Assembly: GCA_963816145.1 (NCBI GenBank)
Contig: CAWFJP010000013.1
Span: forward strand, 64,001 to 128,000
Source: an uncultured delta proteobacterium
GTDB lineage: Bacteria > Desulfobacterota > Binatia > UBA9968
Direction of reading: 5' to 3'
DNA: 64,000 bases
The position numbers and the translations under genes were made by a program. Of the stretch, positions 1 to 9,188 are shown in pieces. The notes beneath the pieces were generated by a model. That model did not search any database and was not told the origin of the DNA. It worked only from the letters and a program-made list of their open reading frames with translations. Position 1 is the stretch's first letter; every line of letters begins with the position of its first letter.

Positions 1-721
1 GGCCATATTGCGGCTTGGCCTGCCAGCAATTCAACAAATGCAAAACATGCCAAACGGTCGACACCTGGTTGGTCAACACCGGCTTGCCGAATTCGGCTTC
101 GAGTTTGGTGATTACCGGCAGCGTCAGCCAAGCACCGCCGCCGATGTAGATGCCGTCGGCGTCGGGAAACTGTTCCAGCGCGCCGCGGCCGAGCTCATAG
201 GCGAGGGCGATATTATCTTGGCTGTTGATCTTGACGAAGTCGGCGGGGGGCATGGCGCGGCTGTTGACGCCGATCATCGAGACGCCGCCAGCGGCGAAGA
301 ATGCGCCGAGCGTCGCATTCATGGGCTCGGTCCATTTATTCGCCGCGGCAATTTTCTCGATGCCGAGGTGTTTTGCCGCGGCCACCACGTCGAGCACCGT
401 GGAGGTCACCGGCACTTTGCCTTTCGCGGCAATGCGCGCGAGCAGGCGTTGTAAGAATTCCTGGCCGGCCAAGACCGGCAGCGGTACGCCGGATTGGACA
501 ATGATGTCGACGCCGCGCTCGGTGAGCATGGCGACGAGCTGATCGATCGGTTCAAACACGCGTTCCACATCGGCGCGGCTGAATTCCTGCAAGCCGACCG
601 AGATCGTCACCATCATGACGCCGTCGGGCACCAGCCGATAAAATTCATAGGCCGCGTTATCGATGATCGGCAGCGGGGAGAGGACGCCGATTTTTCGCTT
701 GGGAACATATTCTTCAAACAT
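1..721 (-). CDS. Maleate isomerase / arylmalonate decarboxylase-like protein (Asp/Glu racemase superfamily); 3' end runs off the window
   Basis: Absent from the ORF track; translated by hand from ATG 721: [16 protein letters not shown]...DIIVQSGVP...VPVTST...[12 protein letters not shown]...FGKPVLTNQ...WHVL; open to the window edge. Confidence 0.75.
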   Translation of the reverse strand, partial: MFEEYVPKRKIGVLSPLPIIDNAAYEFYRLVPDGVMMVTISVGLQEFSRADVERVFEPIDQLVAMLTERGVDIIVQSGVPLPVLAGQEFLQRLLARIAAKGKVPVTSTVLDVVAAAKHLGIEKIAAANKWTEPMNATLGAFFAAGGVSMIGVNSRAMPPADFVKINSQDNIALAYELGRGALEQFPDADGIYIGGGAWLTLPVITKLEAEFGKPVLTNQVSTVWHVLHLLNCWQAKPQYG

Positions 722-914
722 GATCTGTTCCTCCACCGCGTCGCAGGCGGTCGTTCGCGAAAAGAGTTGCGTGATGCTTATCGGTCTGTTTACCTCAAAC
801 GGTAACCCCCTGTCTACTTGTTGAACGTTACCCATAAGTTTCTGCTGGACTCGGTGGATGCGGGAGAATCAACGAATGGTGGTAAAGCTCTCAAGTCGCG
901 GCGAGTTTTCCGGT

Positions 915-1043
915 CCCCCCCTCTTTGGAAAAGAGGGGCTAGGGGAGATTTTTTTCTTTTATGTGGCGCCACCGTCGCAGCGGATTGCCGGTCTGCTACG
1001 AACCCCTTCGCCGCACATAATATCCCCCTTTTCCAAAGGAGGA
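915..1043. repeat. REP-like palindrome pair
   Basis: Hairpin CCCCTCTTT-GGA-AAAGAGGGG (918-938) plus a degenerate inverted copy CCCTTTTCCAAAGGAGG near 1026-1042. Confidence 0.6.
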
Positions 1044-1203
1044 ATCAGATCGCTAGCTATTTGCTTCATCAGCTCTATGTCCAGCCAACAGGTCTACTTG
1101 ACCGGGGACTGTCACTTCGACTAACGTTTGTCTGTTTCGGGAATATGGAAAAATTATCGACGCCGCAGGTCAACTGCGGCGCAAAGCTAATAAGGAGCGC
1201 GCA

Positions 1204-2892
1204 ATGTACGATCTCGTGATCACGGGCGGACGGATTTACGATGGCTCGGGGCTGCCGAGTCACCATGGCGATGTTGCCATCGCCGACGGCAAGATCGTCG
1301 AGACCGGACGTATCAACGGTAGCGCCAAGCGCACGCTGAACGTCGACGGGTTGGCGGTGGCGCCAGGCTTTATCGATCCGCACACGCATATGGACGCGCA
1401 GCTTTTCTGGGACCCGATGGGCACTTCGTCTTGTTTTCACGGCGTAACTTCGGTGGTGGTCGGCAATTGCGGTTTGAGCCTGGCGCCGGCGAAACCCGAG
1501 GACCGCGAGGCGGTGGTGAAAAGTTTCGTCCGTGTCGAGGCGATCAGCCGGCGCGTGCTCGAAGAGGGGATTCAATGGAAGTGGACATCAACCGCGGAAT
1601 ATTTGCGAGCTCTGGGCACGCGCCTGGGCATTAACGTCGGCGCGCTGGTCGGTCATATCGCCGTGCGCCATTACGTCATGGGCGAAGAAGCGGTCGAGCG
1701 CGCGGCGACGCCGGACGAGGTTACCAAAATGAAGCAGCTGGTGCGCCAGGGCATGGAAGCCGGCGCCGTGGGCTTCAGCACCAATCAGAATCCGCGCCAT
1801 ATCCGCGAAGACAAAAAGCCGGTGGCCAGCCGCCTATCTACGGATGAGGAATTAGGCTGTTTACTCGACGTTCTCGGTGAAATGAACACCGGTATCGTGC
1901 AGTTGAGCGGCGGCGGCACCGACGCCCGCGGGCGCATCGAATACGCCGCTGGGTTGGCGCGGCGCACCGGCCGGCCGGTGCTCTGGCAAAGCATCAGCCA
2001 TAGTTGGACGCGGCCCGATCATTGGCGCGGCATGCTCGAGTCGACGGCAAAAGTATTTCAAGAAGAGGGTTTGCCGATCTATGCCATGACCCAGGCCAAA
2101 CCGTTCGAGATGCGCTACAGCTTGCTCGACGCCCAATGCTTCGATGAATTTCCCACCTGGAAGACGGCGATGTTCAGCCCGGTGGAAGTGCGCAAGCAGA
2201 TGTTTGCCGACAGCGACTGCCGCAAGAAGCTGCATGCCGAAGCGATTGACGACAAATCGGCATCGGTGTTTCCGCGGCGCTGGGACGTGGTCAATGTCGA
2301 TCAGGTGAAGCTGGCGAAAAATAAATCCTTTGAACGGCAATCGGTCGAAGCGATCGCCAAGCTTCAAGGCAAAGACGGCTTGGATTGTTTCCTGGACTTA
2401 TCTCTGGAGGAAAATCTCGAAACCCGTTTCTCGCATATCACCACCCAGGGCGATCCCAAGGCGGTGTGCGAGATCCTCAAACATCCGGCGGTAGTGATCG
2501 GCCAGTCCGACGCCGGCGCGCATATGGGTTACGACGCCCGCTTCGGCTACTGCACGGCGTTCCTCGGCCGCTGGGTGCGCGATCACGGCATCATGAGCTT
2601 GGAAGAAGCGGTGTCGAAATTGACTTTCCGGGTCGCCTCGATCTTCGGCCTCAACGACCGCGGTTTGCTGCGGCCCGGCATGGCCGGCGATATCGCGGTC
2701 TTCGATCCCGCGACGATCAATACGCAGGAGCCGGAGTATGTCCAAGATTTGCCGGGCAATGAAACACGCATGATCCAGAAGGCCACTGGCGTGCCTTACA
2801 CAGTCGTGAACGGCACAGTGGTGATTGAGAACGGCGCGCCGACCGGCGAGCTCCCTGGAAAAGTGCTTAGGCCGACGGCGTGGAAAAACTAG
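1204..2892 (+). CDS. N-acyl-D-amino-acid deacylase / amidohydrolase family protein
   Basis: GG.IYDGSG, APGFIDPHTHMD, GVTSVVVGNCG, SDAGAH, RGLL.PG..GDI.VFDP; RBS AGGAG. Confidence 0.9.
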   Translation: MYDLVITGGRIYDGSGLPSHHGDVAIADGKIVETGRINGSAKRTLNVDGLAVAPGFIDPHTHMDAQLFWDPMGTSSCFHGVTSVVVGNCGLSLAPAKPEDREAVVKSFVRVEAISRRVLEEGIQWKWTSTAEYLRALGTRLGINVGALVGHIAVRHYVMGEEAVERAATPDEVTKMKQLVRQGMEAGAVGFSTNQNPRHIREDKKPVASRLSTDEELGCLLDVLGEMNTGIVQLSGGGTDARGRIEYAAGLARRTGRPVLWQSISHSWTRPDHWRGMLESTAKVFQEEGLPIYAMTQAKPFEMRYSLLDAQCFDEFPTWKTAMFSPVEVRKQMFADSDCRKKLHAEAIDDKSASVFPRRWDVVNVDQVKLAKNKSFERQSVEAIAKLQGKDGLDCFLDLSLEENLETRFSHITTQGDPKAVCEILKHPAVVIGQSDAGAHMGYDARFGYCTAFLGRWVRDHGIMSLEEAVSKLTFRVASIFGLNDRGLLRPGMAGDIAVFDPATINTQEPEYVQDLPGNETRMIQKATGVPYTVVNGTVVIENGAPTGELPGKVLRPTAWKN

Positions 2893-3036
2893 CAGGCTGC
2901 TAAAAAGACCATATACTTCGTTGCGCAATCGCCTCGCGTCAACGTACTGCCGATGTACGCCTCGCTCGTCGATATTTCGCGCGCCTCGCCTATGGATCTT
3001 TTTGAGCAGCCTGCAAGAGGCTTTTTCAGCAACCTG
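2891..3036. mobile_element. MITE/REP-like non-coding element with terminal inverted repeats
   Basis: GCAGGCTGCTAAAAAG overlapping the upstream TAG stop; inverted CTTTTTGAGCAGCCTGC at 2998-3014; second inverted end TTTTTCAGCAACCTG at 3022-3036; no transposase. Confidence 0.55.
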
Positions 3037-3070
3037 GTGTAGATTGGAATGATGGTGTGATGGAAAATTT

Positions 3071-3158
3071 GTTCAAACGTTCAAGGTTCAAAGGTTCAAC
3101 GTTCTGGCATTCTTGTTTTTCTCCGTCCTTGAACTTTTGAACCCTTTGAACCTTGAAC
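3071..3158. repeat. Inverted tandem GTTCAA/TTGAAC repeat hairpin overlapping the 5' end of the TctC gene
   Basis: 4x GTTCAA (3071-3099) and 4x TTGAAC (3129-3158). Confidence 0.8.
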
Positions 3159-4138
3159 GGGCGTCTGCCCAGACGCCCTTTTATCAGGGCAAGACGATCA
3201 CCGTTGTTGTCGGTTCGGCACCAGGCGGGCTTTACGATTTATGGGCGCGGCTGTTCGCTCGGACCATGGGGAAATATATTCCCGGCAACCCGACCATGTT
3301 GGTGCAAAACATGCCGGGCGGCGGTTCCATGATCGCGGCGAATTATCTTTACGGCATCGCCAAATCCGATGGACTGACCATCGGCATGTTTCAGACCCAC
3401 ATGTATCTCGAACAACTGATCGGCCGCCCGGAGGTCAAATACGACGTGCGCAAATTCAACTGGCTGGGCTCCCAGGAAAAAGGCCAGATGATGCTCTACA
3501 TCCGCGCCGACTCGCCGTATAAGTCAATTGACGACATCGTCAAGTCCAAAGACGTGCCCAAGTGCGGCGGCTCCGGCAGTTCCGATCAGACCGCGTTATT
3601 GACCCGTTTGATCGAAGAAACCGTCGGCGGCAAGTTTCAACGCATACTCGGCTACAAGGGCGGCGGCGACGTTGACCTAGCCATGGAGCGCGGCGAGGTG
3701 ATTTGCCGAGCGACAAGGATCACCGTCCATTTTAGCCGCGAGCCGTTTCTATCCTGGGAGAAAAAAGGTTTCGACCGCCATTTGCTTCAAGCCGGCAAGA
3801 AACGCGATGCTCGGCTGCCAGATGTGCCGACGATCTACGAATTCATGGACATGTACAAGACGCCGGACATTGGCCGCCGTTTGGCGCAGATATTCCTATC
3901 CGGCGATGATTTGGGCCGGCCGATGACGGCGCCGCCGGGCGTGCCGGCGGACCGGGTGAAAATCCTCCGCGAGGCCTATGCGCGAGCGCTCAAAGATTCA
4001 GATTTACTTGCCGAGGTCGACAGGCAAAGGTTGGACATGGAACCGTCCACCGGCGAAGAGATTCAAATTCTGCAAAGAGAATTGGTCGATCAAAAACGCG
4101 ATGTCATCGAGCGGGTTAAGAAGCTGCTCGAAAATTAG
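3113..4138 (+). CDS. Tripartite tricarboxylate transporter (TctC/Bug) substrate-binding protein; start uncertain
   Basis: FYQGKTITVVVG..PGG.YD..AR, VQNMPGGG, DGLTIG, RP..APPGVPADRV. Confidence 0.88.
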   Translation: MFFSVLELLNPLNLERASAQTPFYQGKTITVVVGSAPGGLYDLWARLFARTMGKYIPGNPTMLVQNMPGGGSMIAANYLYGIAKSDGLTIGMFQTHMYLEQLIGRPEVKYDVRKFNWLGSQEKGQMMLYIRADSPYKSIDDIVKSKDVPKCGGSGSSDQTALLTRLIEETVGGKFQRILGYKGGGDVDLAMERGEVICRATRITVHFSREPFLSWEKKGFDRHLLQAGKKRDARLPDVPTIYEFMDMYKTPDIGRRLAQIFLSGDDLGRPMTAPPGVPADRVKILREAYARALKDSDLLAEVDRQRLDMEPSTGEEIQILQRELVDQKRDVIERVKKLLEN

Positions 4139-4166
4139 ATCAAACCGGGATTGACGATCTAGCAAC

Positions 4167-5144
4167 CTACTTTTTCGCCTTTTCGGCGAAGCTCCAATCG
4201 ACCACGGTTTGGGCTTTCGCGGTAATCTTTTCTTTTGCCCGGAAAGTTCCCACGGAAATCCATTCTTCAACCACCGAGTCAGGGACCGTGAGATCGGGAT
4301 TGTATTGTTCGCGATAGAGCGCGTAATAGCGCTCGGCAACCGGACGGTCGAGCTTTAAAAGTTTTTCCACCAAGCCGGCCCCGATCTCGCGCTGATTCTG
4401 CAAAAACAAGATTGCATTGCGCAACGCCCGCAGCATGCGTACGATTTCGTCGGGTTCTCGATCAATCTTTCGCTGGGACGTGCTGAGGCCGTTTATGGGA
4501 ATACGGACGAATTCGGCCATTTCCTTAACCGCGAGAAGCGTCTTAAAACCCTTTTGCTCGGCGCGGTACTCGAAGGGGCTATTAACCACAGTCGCATCGA
4601 TCGAACCGCCGATGAGCGCCGCGAAACGGGCGTCGGGACTGCCAGTGACCGAGAGCAGCGTCACGTCCTTGTTCGGATCAAGGCCGTTACGCACAAGCAT
4701 CTGATAGATCGCGAAGTCAGCAGAGCTGCCGAACGTATTGATCGCGATTTTCTTGCCTTTGAGAGCTTTTACGCTGTCGATGTCCGGCCGTGAAATAATC
4801 GCATAGCCGCTCGATCTTGCCGTCGTCGCTACGATCTTCACAGGCAGGCCTCGTGTTGCCGCGCCGGCGATGAACGGCAAAATAGTGACGTAATCGAGCT
4901 CGTGGGACATCAAAGCGTTGAGCATCAGGTTGGTGCCCTGAAACTGAATGTAGCGCGGCTTGAGTCCCTCTTTCTCGAAGAAACCCCGCTCCATCGCGAC
5001 ACGATCGGGCAGCGCGGTCCACGCCGAACCGCCGGTCCAACCGATGTTGAGTGCTTTGGGTTCGGCGCTCTGGGCGAAATTCGCCGCATTAGCGAGCCAT
5101 AGGACCGATAGGGCGAAAAAGAAAGAGCGCAGCTTTGGTTTCAT
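4167..5144 (-). CDS. ABC substrate-binding protein, NMT1/THI5/SsuA-like
   Basis: Signal peptide; GFFEKEGL, LKGKKIAINTFGS, RFAALIGGSIDA. Confidence 0.88.
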   Translation of the reverse strand: MKPKLRSFFFALSVLWLANAANFAQSAEPKALNIGWTGGSAWTALPDRVAMERGFFEKEGLKPRYIQFQGTNLMLNALMSHELDYVTILPFIAGAATRGLPVKIVATTARSSGYAIISRPDIDSVKALKGKKIAINTFGSSADFAIYQMLVRNGLDPNKDVTLLSVTGSPDARFAALIGGSIDATVVNSPFEYRAEQKGFKTLLAVKEMAEFVRIPINGLSTSQRKIDREPDEIVRMLRALRNAILFLQNQREIGAGLVEKLLKLDRPVAERYYALYREQYNPDLTVPDSVVEEWISVGTFRAKEKITAKAQTVVDWSFAEKAKK

Positions 5145-5151
5145 GGTTTAA

Positions 5152-5889
5152 TCACGCGCCGGCGGCCTTTCTCTGATCGGTTTGGAGTAGATGTCTGGCA
5201 AAAAATTCCACGGTCCGTGCCCAAGAGGTTGCGTCATGGTCAGGCTTGTAAGTCTTCCCGCCGGCGCGATTAAAGCCATGGTGCGTGTCGGGGTAGAAGA
5301 AAAACTCATGGGCTTTGCCTAAGCGTGTGAGCTCGGCATCGAGCTTGCGCATCTCATCCGGCGGGGGATTTTTGTCGAGTTCGCCGAAATGGCCTTGGAC
5401 CGGGCAGCAAACATTGGTCGCCAAGCTTGCCGGTGTCGGGTGGTCGCCCCATTGCGAGTAACAACCGCCGCCATAGAAATCGACGGCAGCTTTGAAGAGG
5501 GTGGTCGCCGCCGCGCCGAGAAAGGCGATGCGCCCGCCCATGCAAAAGCCGACGATTCCCAGGCGCGAGGTATCCGCCGTGGCGCAGCCTTTGAGGAAGC
5601 TAACCGTCGCATTGATGTCGTTCATAACGTTGACGTCGTTGCGGCTATTTTTAATGCTCGCGGTTGCCTCTGGCGTCTTCGGCTCGCCTTCGCGGTGATA
5701 GAACTGCGGTGCGATGCCGACGTAGCCAGCGGCGGCGACCCTTCGGGTCATTTCTTGAGTAAACTCGGCGACACCGTCTTGATTTTGCACGACGATGATC
5801 GCCGGCACCGGACCGGCAACTTCGGGCTGAGCCAGGTACATGCCCATGGGGCTATTATCGACAGTGACTTTTTCCCAGGATGTTTTCAT
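5152..5889 (-). CDS. Dienelactone hydrolase family protein
   Basis: GFCMGG nucleophile elbow, FGELD, YPDTHHGF. Confidence 0.9.
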   Translation of the reverse strand: MKTSWEKVTVDNSPMGMYLAQPEVAGPVPAIIVVQNQDGVAEFTQEMTRRVAAAGYVGIAPQFYHREGEPKTPEATASIKNSRNDVNVMNDINATVSFLKGCATADTSRLGIVGFCMGGRIAFLGAAATTLFKAAVDFYGGGCYSQWGDHPTPASLATNVCCPVQGHFGELDKNPPPDEMRKLDAELTRLGKAHEFFFYPDTHHGFNRAGGKTYKPDHDATSWARTVEFFARHLLQTDQRKAAGA

Positions 5890-6067
5890 AAGAATCTTTC
5901 GTCCAACCTCTCAACAGGATTTGACTTTATTTATGCCTCCGACGGGCGAGCTGTCAAACGATTCACGAGCCATCTCTGGGCGCGGTTCGCCCGGATAAGT
6001 TCCTTGTCACCAAGATTGATGCTACTAATAAGCGCATGACACAGGTTGTTTTACAGGAGTTTCCGAA

Positions 6068-7534
6068 ATGATCGCCAAGAGCTGGAGAAATGTTACCGGG
6101 CGCCGAGCAAGGCTGGCGGTTGCGATGGCGCTGCTGTTTCTGGCGTCGGCGTTAAATGCCGACGCCGCGGAGCCCGAGCCGACCAAGCACCGGGCGCCGA
6201 ACGCCAAAGCTACGACACAGAAAACCAAGCCGGCGGACAAGACTCCTAGGGCGGAAAAGTCTTACGATATTGTTTTTGAGGAATTCAAGCTCAAGAACGG
6301 TCTGCGTGTGCTGCTTGCCGAGGATCACCACGCGCCGACTTTCTCCATCGCCATGACCTACAATGTCGGCTCCCGTGACGAGCGGCCAGGACGCACCGGG
6401 TTTGCCCACCTCTTCGAGCATATGTTGTTTCAGGGCTCGGAGAATGTCGGCAAGGGCGAGCATTTTATCCTGATCCAAAACAACGGCGGCAGCGCCAACG
6501 GCACTACCAACACCGACCGCACCAACTACTTTGAAACTCTCCCGGCCAACCAGTTGGAACTGGCTATCTTTCTCGAAGCCGACCGCATGCGCGCGCCAGC
6601 GATCAACCAAGCCAACTTCGACAATCAGCGCGCGACCGTGCAAGAGGAGCGCCGGCAGAATTACGACAACCGCGCGTACGGCAAGACCTATGAGGCGGTG
6701 ATCGATTTAGCCTATGATAATTTTCCCTACAAGCATTCAACCATCGGCTCCATGGACGATCTCAACGCGGCGACACTGGACGATGCCACGGCGTTCTTTC
6801 GCACCTATTACGCGCCGAATAATGCGGTGCTATCGATGGTCGGCAGTTTCAAAACGGAAACTGCCTTGGCAATGATCAAGAAGTATTTCGAGAATATTCC
6901 GGCGCAGCCGGCGCCGGCGCCGACGGATGCGAGCGAACCGGAGCCCAAAGCAGAGCGGCGCAAGACGCTCGAAGACGGCTTCGCGCAAACGCCGCGTCTC
7001 GACATCGTGTTCAGGATTCCGCCGGCCAATACGCCGGATTGGTACGCGTTGGAATTGCTCGGCCAGATTCTTTCCAGCGGCGTGTCGTCGCGGTTGTATC
7101 AAAAATTCGTCAAGGAAAAAGAGATGGCGTTGAGCGTTTACGCCGACGCGGAGGAAAGACGCGGGCCATCGCTGTTCTGGTTTAGCGTGATGGCGCGCCC
7201 GACCACCGATCTCAATGCCCTGGAAAAACTGCTCTACGAAGAGATCTTGCGGATTCAGAAATCATCGGTGCAAGATTCGGAGTTGAACAAAGTGCGCATG
7301 CAGCTACGCCGCCAGCGGGCGCAGCAACTCTACAGCACGCGGTCGCGGGCCAACTCGCTGGGCCATTTTGCGGTCTATTACAACGATCCCGGTTTGATCA
7401 ACAAAGTTTGGCGTGTTTACGAGCAGATTACCAACGCCGATATCCAACGAGTGGCGCAAAAGTATTTTACCGAGTCCAACCGCACCGTGGTGACCACGCT
7501 GCCTAAGACGGCCCCGGCCCCGAGCGGCAGTTAA
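6068..7534 (+). CDS. M16 zinc peptidase, catalytic subunit (exported)
   Basis: L.NGLRV, VGSRDE, GFAHLFEH (HxxEH), NGTTN.DRTNY; signal peptide. Confidence 0.93.
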   Translation: MIAKSWRNVTGRRARLAVAMALLFLASALNADAAEPEPTKHRAPNAKATTQKTKPADKTPRAEKSYDIVFEEFKLKNGLRVLLAEDHHAPTFSIAMTYNVGSRDERPGRTGFAHLFEHMLFQGSENVGKGEHFILIQNNGGSANGTTNTDRTNYFETLPANQLELAIFLEADRMRAPAINQANFDNQRATVQEERRQNYDNRAYGKTYEAVIDLAYDNFPYKHSTIGSMDDLNAATLDDATAFFRTYYAPNNAVLSMVGSFKTETALAMIKKYFENIPAQPAPAPTDASEPEPKAERRKTLEDGFAQTPRLDIVFRIPPANTPDWYALELLGQILSSGVSSRLYQKFVKEKEMALSVYADAEERRGPSLFWFSVMARPTTDLNALEKLLYEEILRIQKSSVQDSELNKVRMQLRRQRAQQLYSTRSRANSLGHFAVYYNDPGLINKVWRVYEQITNADIQRVAQKYFTESNRTVVTTLPKTAPAPSGS

Positions 7535-7544
7535 TCGTTGAGTA

Positions 7545-9050
7545 ATGATCATGAGTAAATCGATGGCGGCAATTTATCGCATTTTCTGCGCTGCACTGGC
7601 GCTGGCAACGGGCTTGACTCTGGCGGCGCCGGCGCGCGGCCAAGACGGCACCACGCCGCCACCGAGTAAAGTCGAGCGCAAGAACCGCGCGCCGGTGGCG
7701 CGGGATATTCTCAGCGTGAAACTTCCCAAACCGGTTGAAGCCAAGCTCAAGAATGGTTTGACGGTTTTGATTATCGAAGATCACCGCGCGCCTTTTGTCA
7801 GCGTGCAACTGCATGTCGGCGGCGCGGGCGGTTTGTTCGAACCAACGGCAATGACCGGCCTGGCCAGCGTCACCGCGCAAATGCTGCGGGAAGGGACCAA
7901 AACCAAAAATAGTATTCAGTTGGCCGAGGAGATCGACCGATTGGGCGCGTCGATAGGCGCCGGCTCATCGTTCGGCTCGTCGGACACGGTACTGAGCGCT
8001 TCCGGGCTGAGCGATAACTTCGACGACTGGATGGGCATCGCCTTCGAGATCCTCCTGCAACCGAGTTTTGCCGCCGATGAGTTGGAAAAGCTCAAGCAAC
8101 GCCTGCGTGTGCAGCTGCGCGAGCAGCGTTCCAACGCTAATTTTCTCTTAAGCGAACGTTTCAACCGCGCGGTGTATGGCGAGCATCCGGCGGCCAACGT
8201 ATCGGTGACGGCGGAGTCGCTCGACCGGCTCACTCAGGACGCATTGCGCAAATGGCATCGCGAGCGCTACGCGCCGCAGAATTCGATCCTCGGCATTGCT
8301 GGCGATGTGCGCGCCAAAGATCTGATCGCGAAACTAGAGAAGCGGCTCGACGCCTGGAAGAAGTCCGATCTAAAGCCGGTGTTGCCGCGCGATCCGCAGG
8401 CCGCGAGCGCACGTAAAGTCTACCTCGTGCACCGCCCTAACTCGGTGCAAACGACCGTGTCGTTGGGCAACATCGCCATCGACCGGCGCAGCCCCGATTA
8501 TATGCCGATGGTGGTGATGAACGATGTCATCGGCGGCGGCGCGTCGGCACGCTTGTTTCTCAACCTGCGCGAAGAGAAAGGCTACACTTACGGGGTGTAC
8601 AGCGACTTTACCGCATTGCGTTACCCAGGTCCCTGGCGCGCCGGCGGCAACATGCGCACCGAAGTGACCGAAGGCGCGCTGGTCGAATTCTTCAACGAGA
8701 TCCGGCGCATTCGCGACGAGAAAGTTCCGCTGGCTGAGTTGGCAGAGAGTAAACGCTCGATCGTCGCCAGTTTCGCACTGTCTTTGGAGCAGCCGTCGCG
8801 GGTGCTGGGTTTCGCCATCACGCGTAAGCTTTACGGCTTGCCGGCCGACTATTGGGACATCTACGCCGCCAAGATCGCCGCGGTGACCGTGGCGGATGTG
8901 CAGCGGGTAGCGCGCAAGTATCTCGATCCCGATAAGATTCAGATCGCTGCGGTGGGCGATGCTGGCAAGATCAAAGCGATTTTGGAGAAATACGGCGCAG
9001 TGGAAGTCTATGACAGCAACGGCGCGCCCCTGCCGCCCGGCAAGTCTTAA
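7545..9050 (+). CDS. M16 peptidase, non-catalytic partner subunit
   Basis: L.NGL.V start; no HxxEH; ARLFLNLREEKGYTY motif; adjacent to the catalytic subunit. Confidence 0.9.
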   Translation: MIMSKSMAAIYRIFCAALALATGLTLAAPARGQDGTTPPPSKVERKNRAPVARDILSVKLPKPVEAKLKNGLTVLIIEDHRAPFVSVQLHVGGAGGLFEPTAMTGLASVTAQMLREGTKTKNSIQLAEEIDRLGASIGAGSSFGSSDTVLSASGLSDNFDDWMGIAFEILLQPSFAADELEKLKQRLRVQLREQRSNANFLLSERFNRAVYGEHPAANVSVTAESLDRLTQDALRKWHRERYAPQNSILGIAGDVRAKDLIAKLEKRLDAWKKSDLKPVLPRDPQAASARKVYLVHRPNSVQTTVSLGNIAIDRRSPDYMPMVVMNDVIGGGASARLFLNLREEKGYTYGVYSDFTALRYPGPWRAGGNMRTEVTEGALVEFFNEIRRIRDEKVPLAELAESKRSIVASFALSLEQPSRVLGFAITRKLYGLPADYWDIYAAKIAAVTVADVQRVARKYLDPDKIQIAAVGDAGKIKAILEKYGAVEVYDSNGAPLPPGKS

Positions 9051-9188
9051 GTTGCGCGCCTTATCTCATCGTTTCGGGCACGGCAATTTGAATTGCCAAC
9101 TGCGCAACCGCTGGCGTCTTGTTTCCTACCGGTGAATTTAAATATACTCCGAGAGCTTTAGCGAAGACTGCTTGAATGGAGCTTCTCG

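Noticed and set aside
8-805. Plus-strand ORFs 8-454, 225-542 and 494-805
   Set aside because: Shadows of the minus-strand racemase-fold gene; no recognisable motifs
818-1219. ORFs across the REP-like palindrome
   Set aside because: They translate the repeat (PPLWKRG) in a divergent intergenic region; no domain evidence
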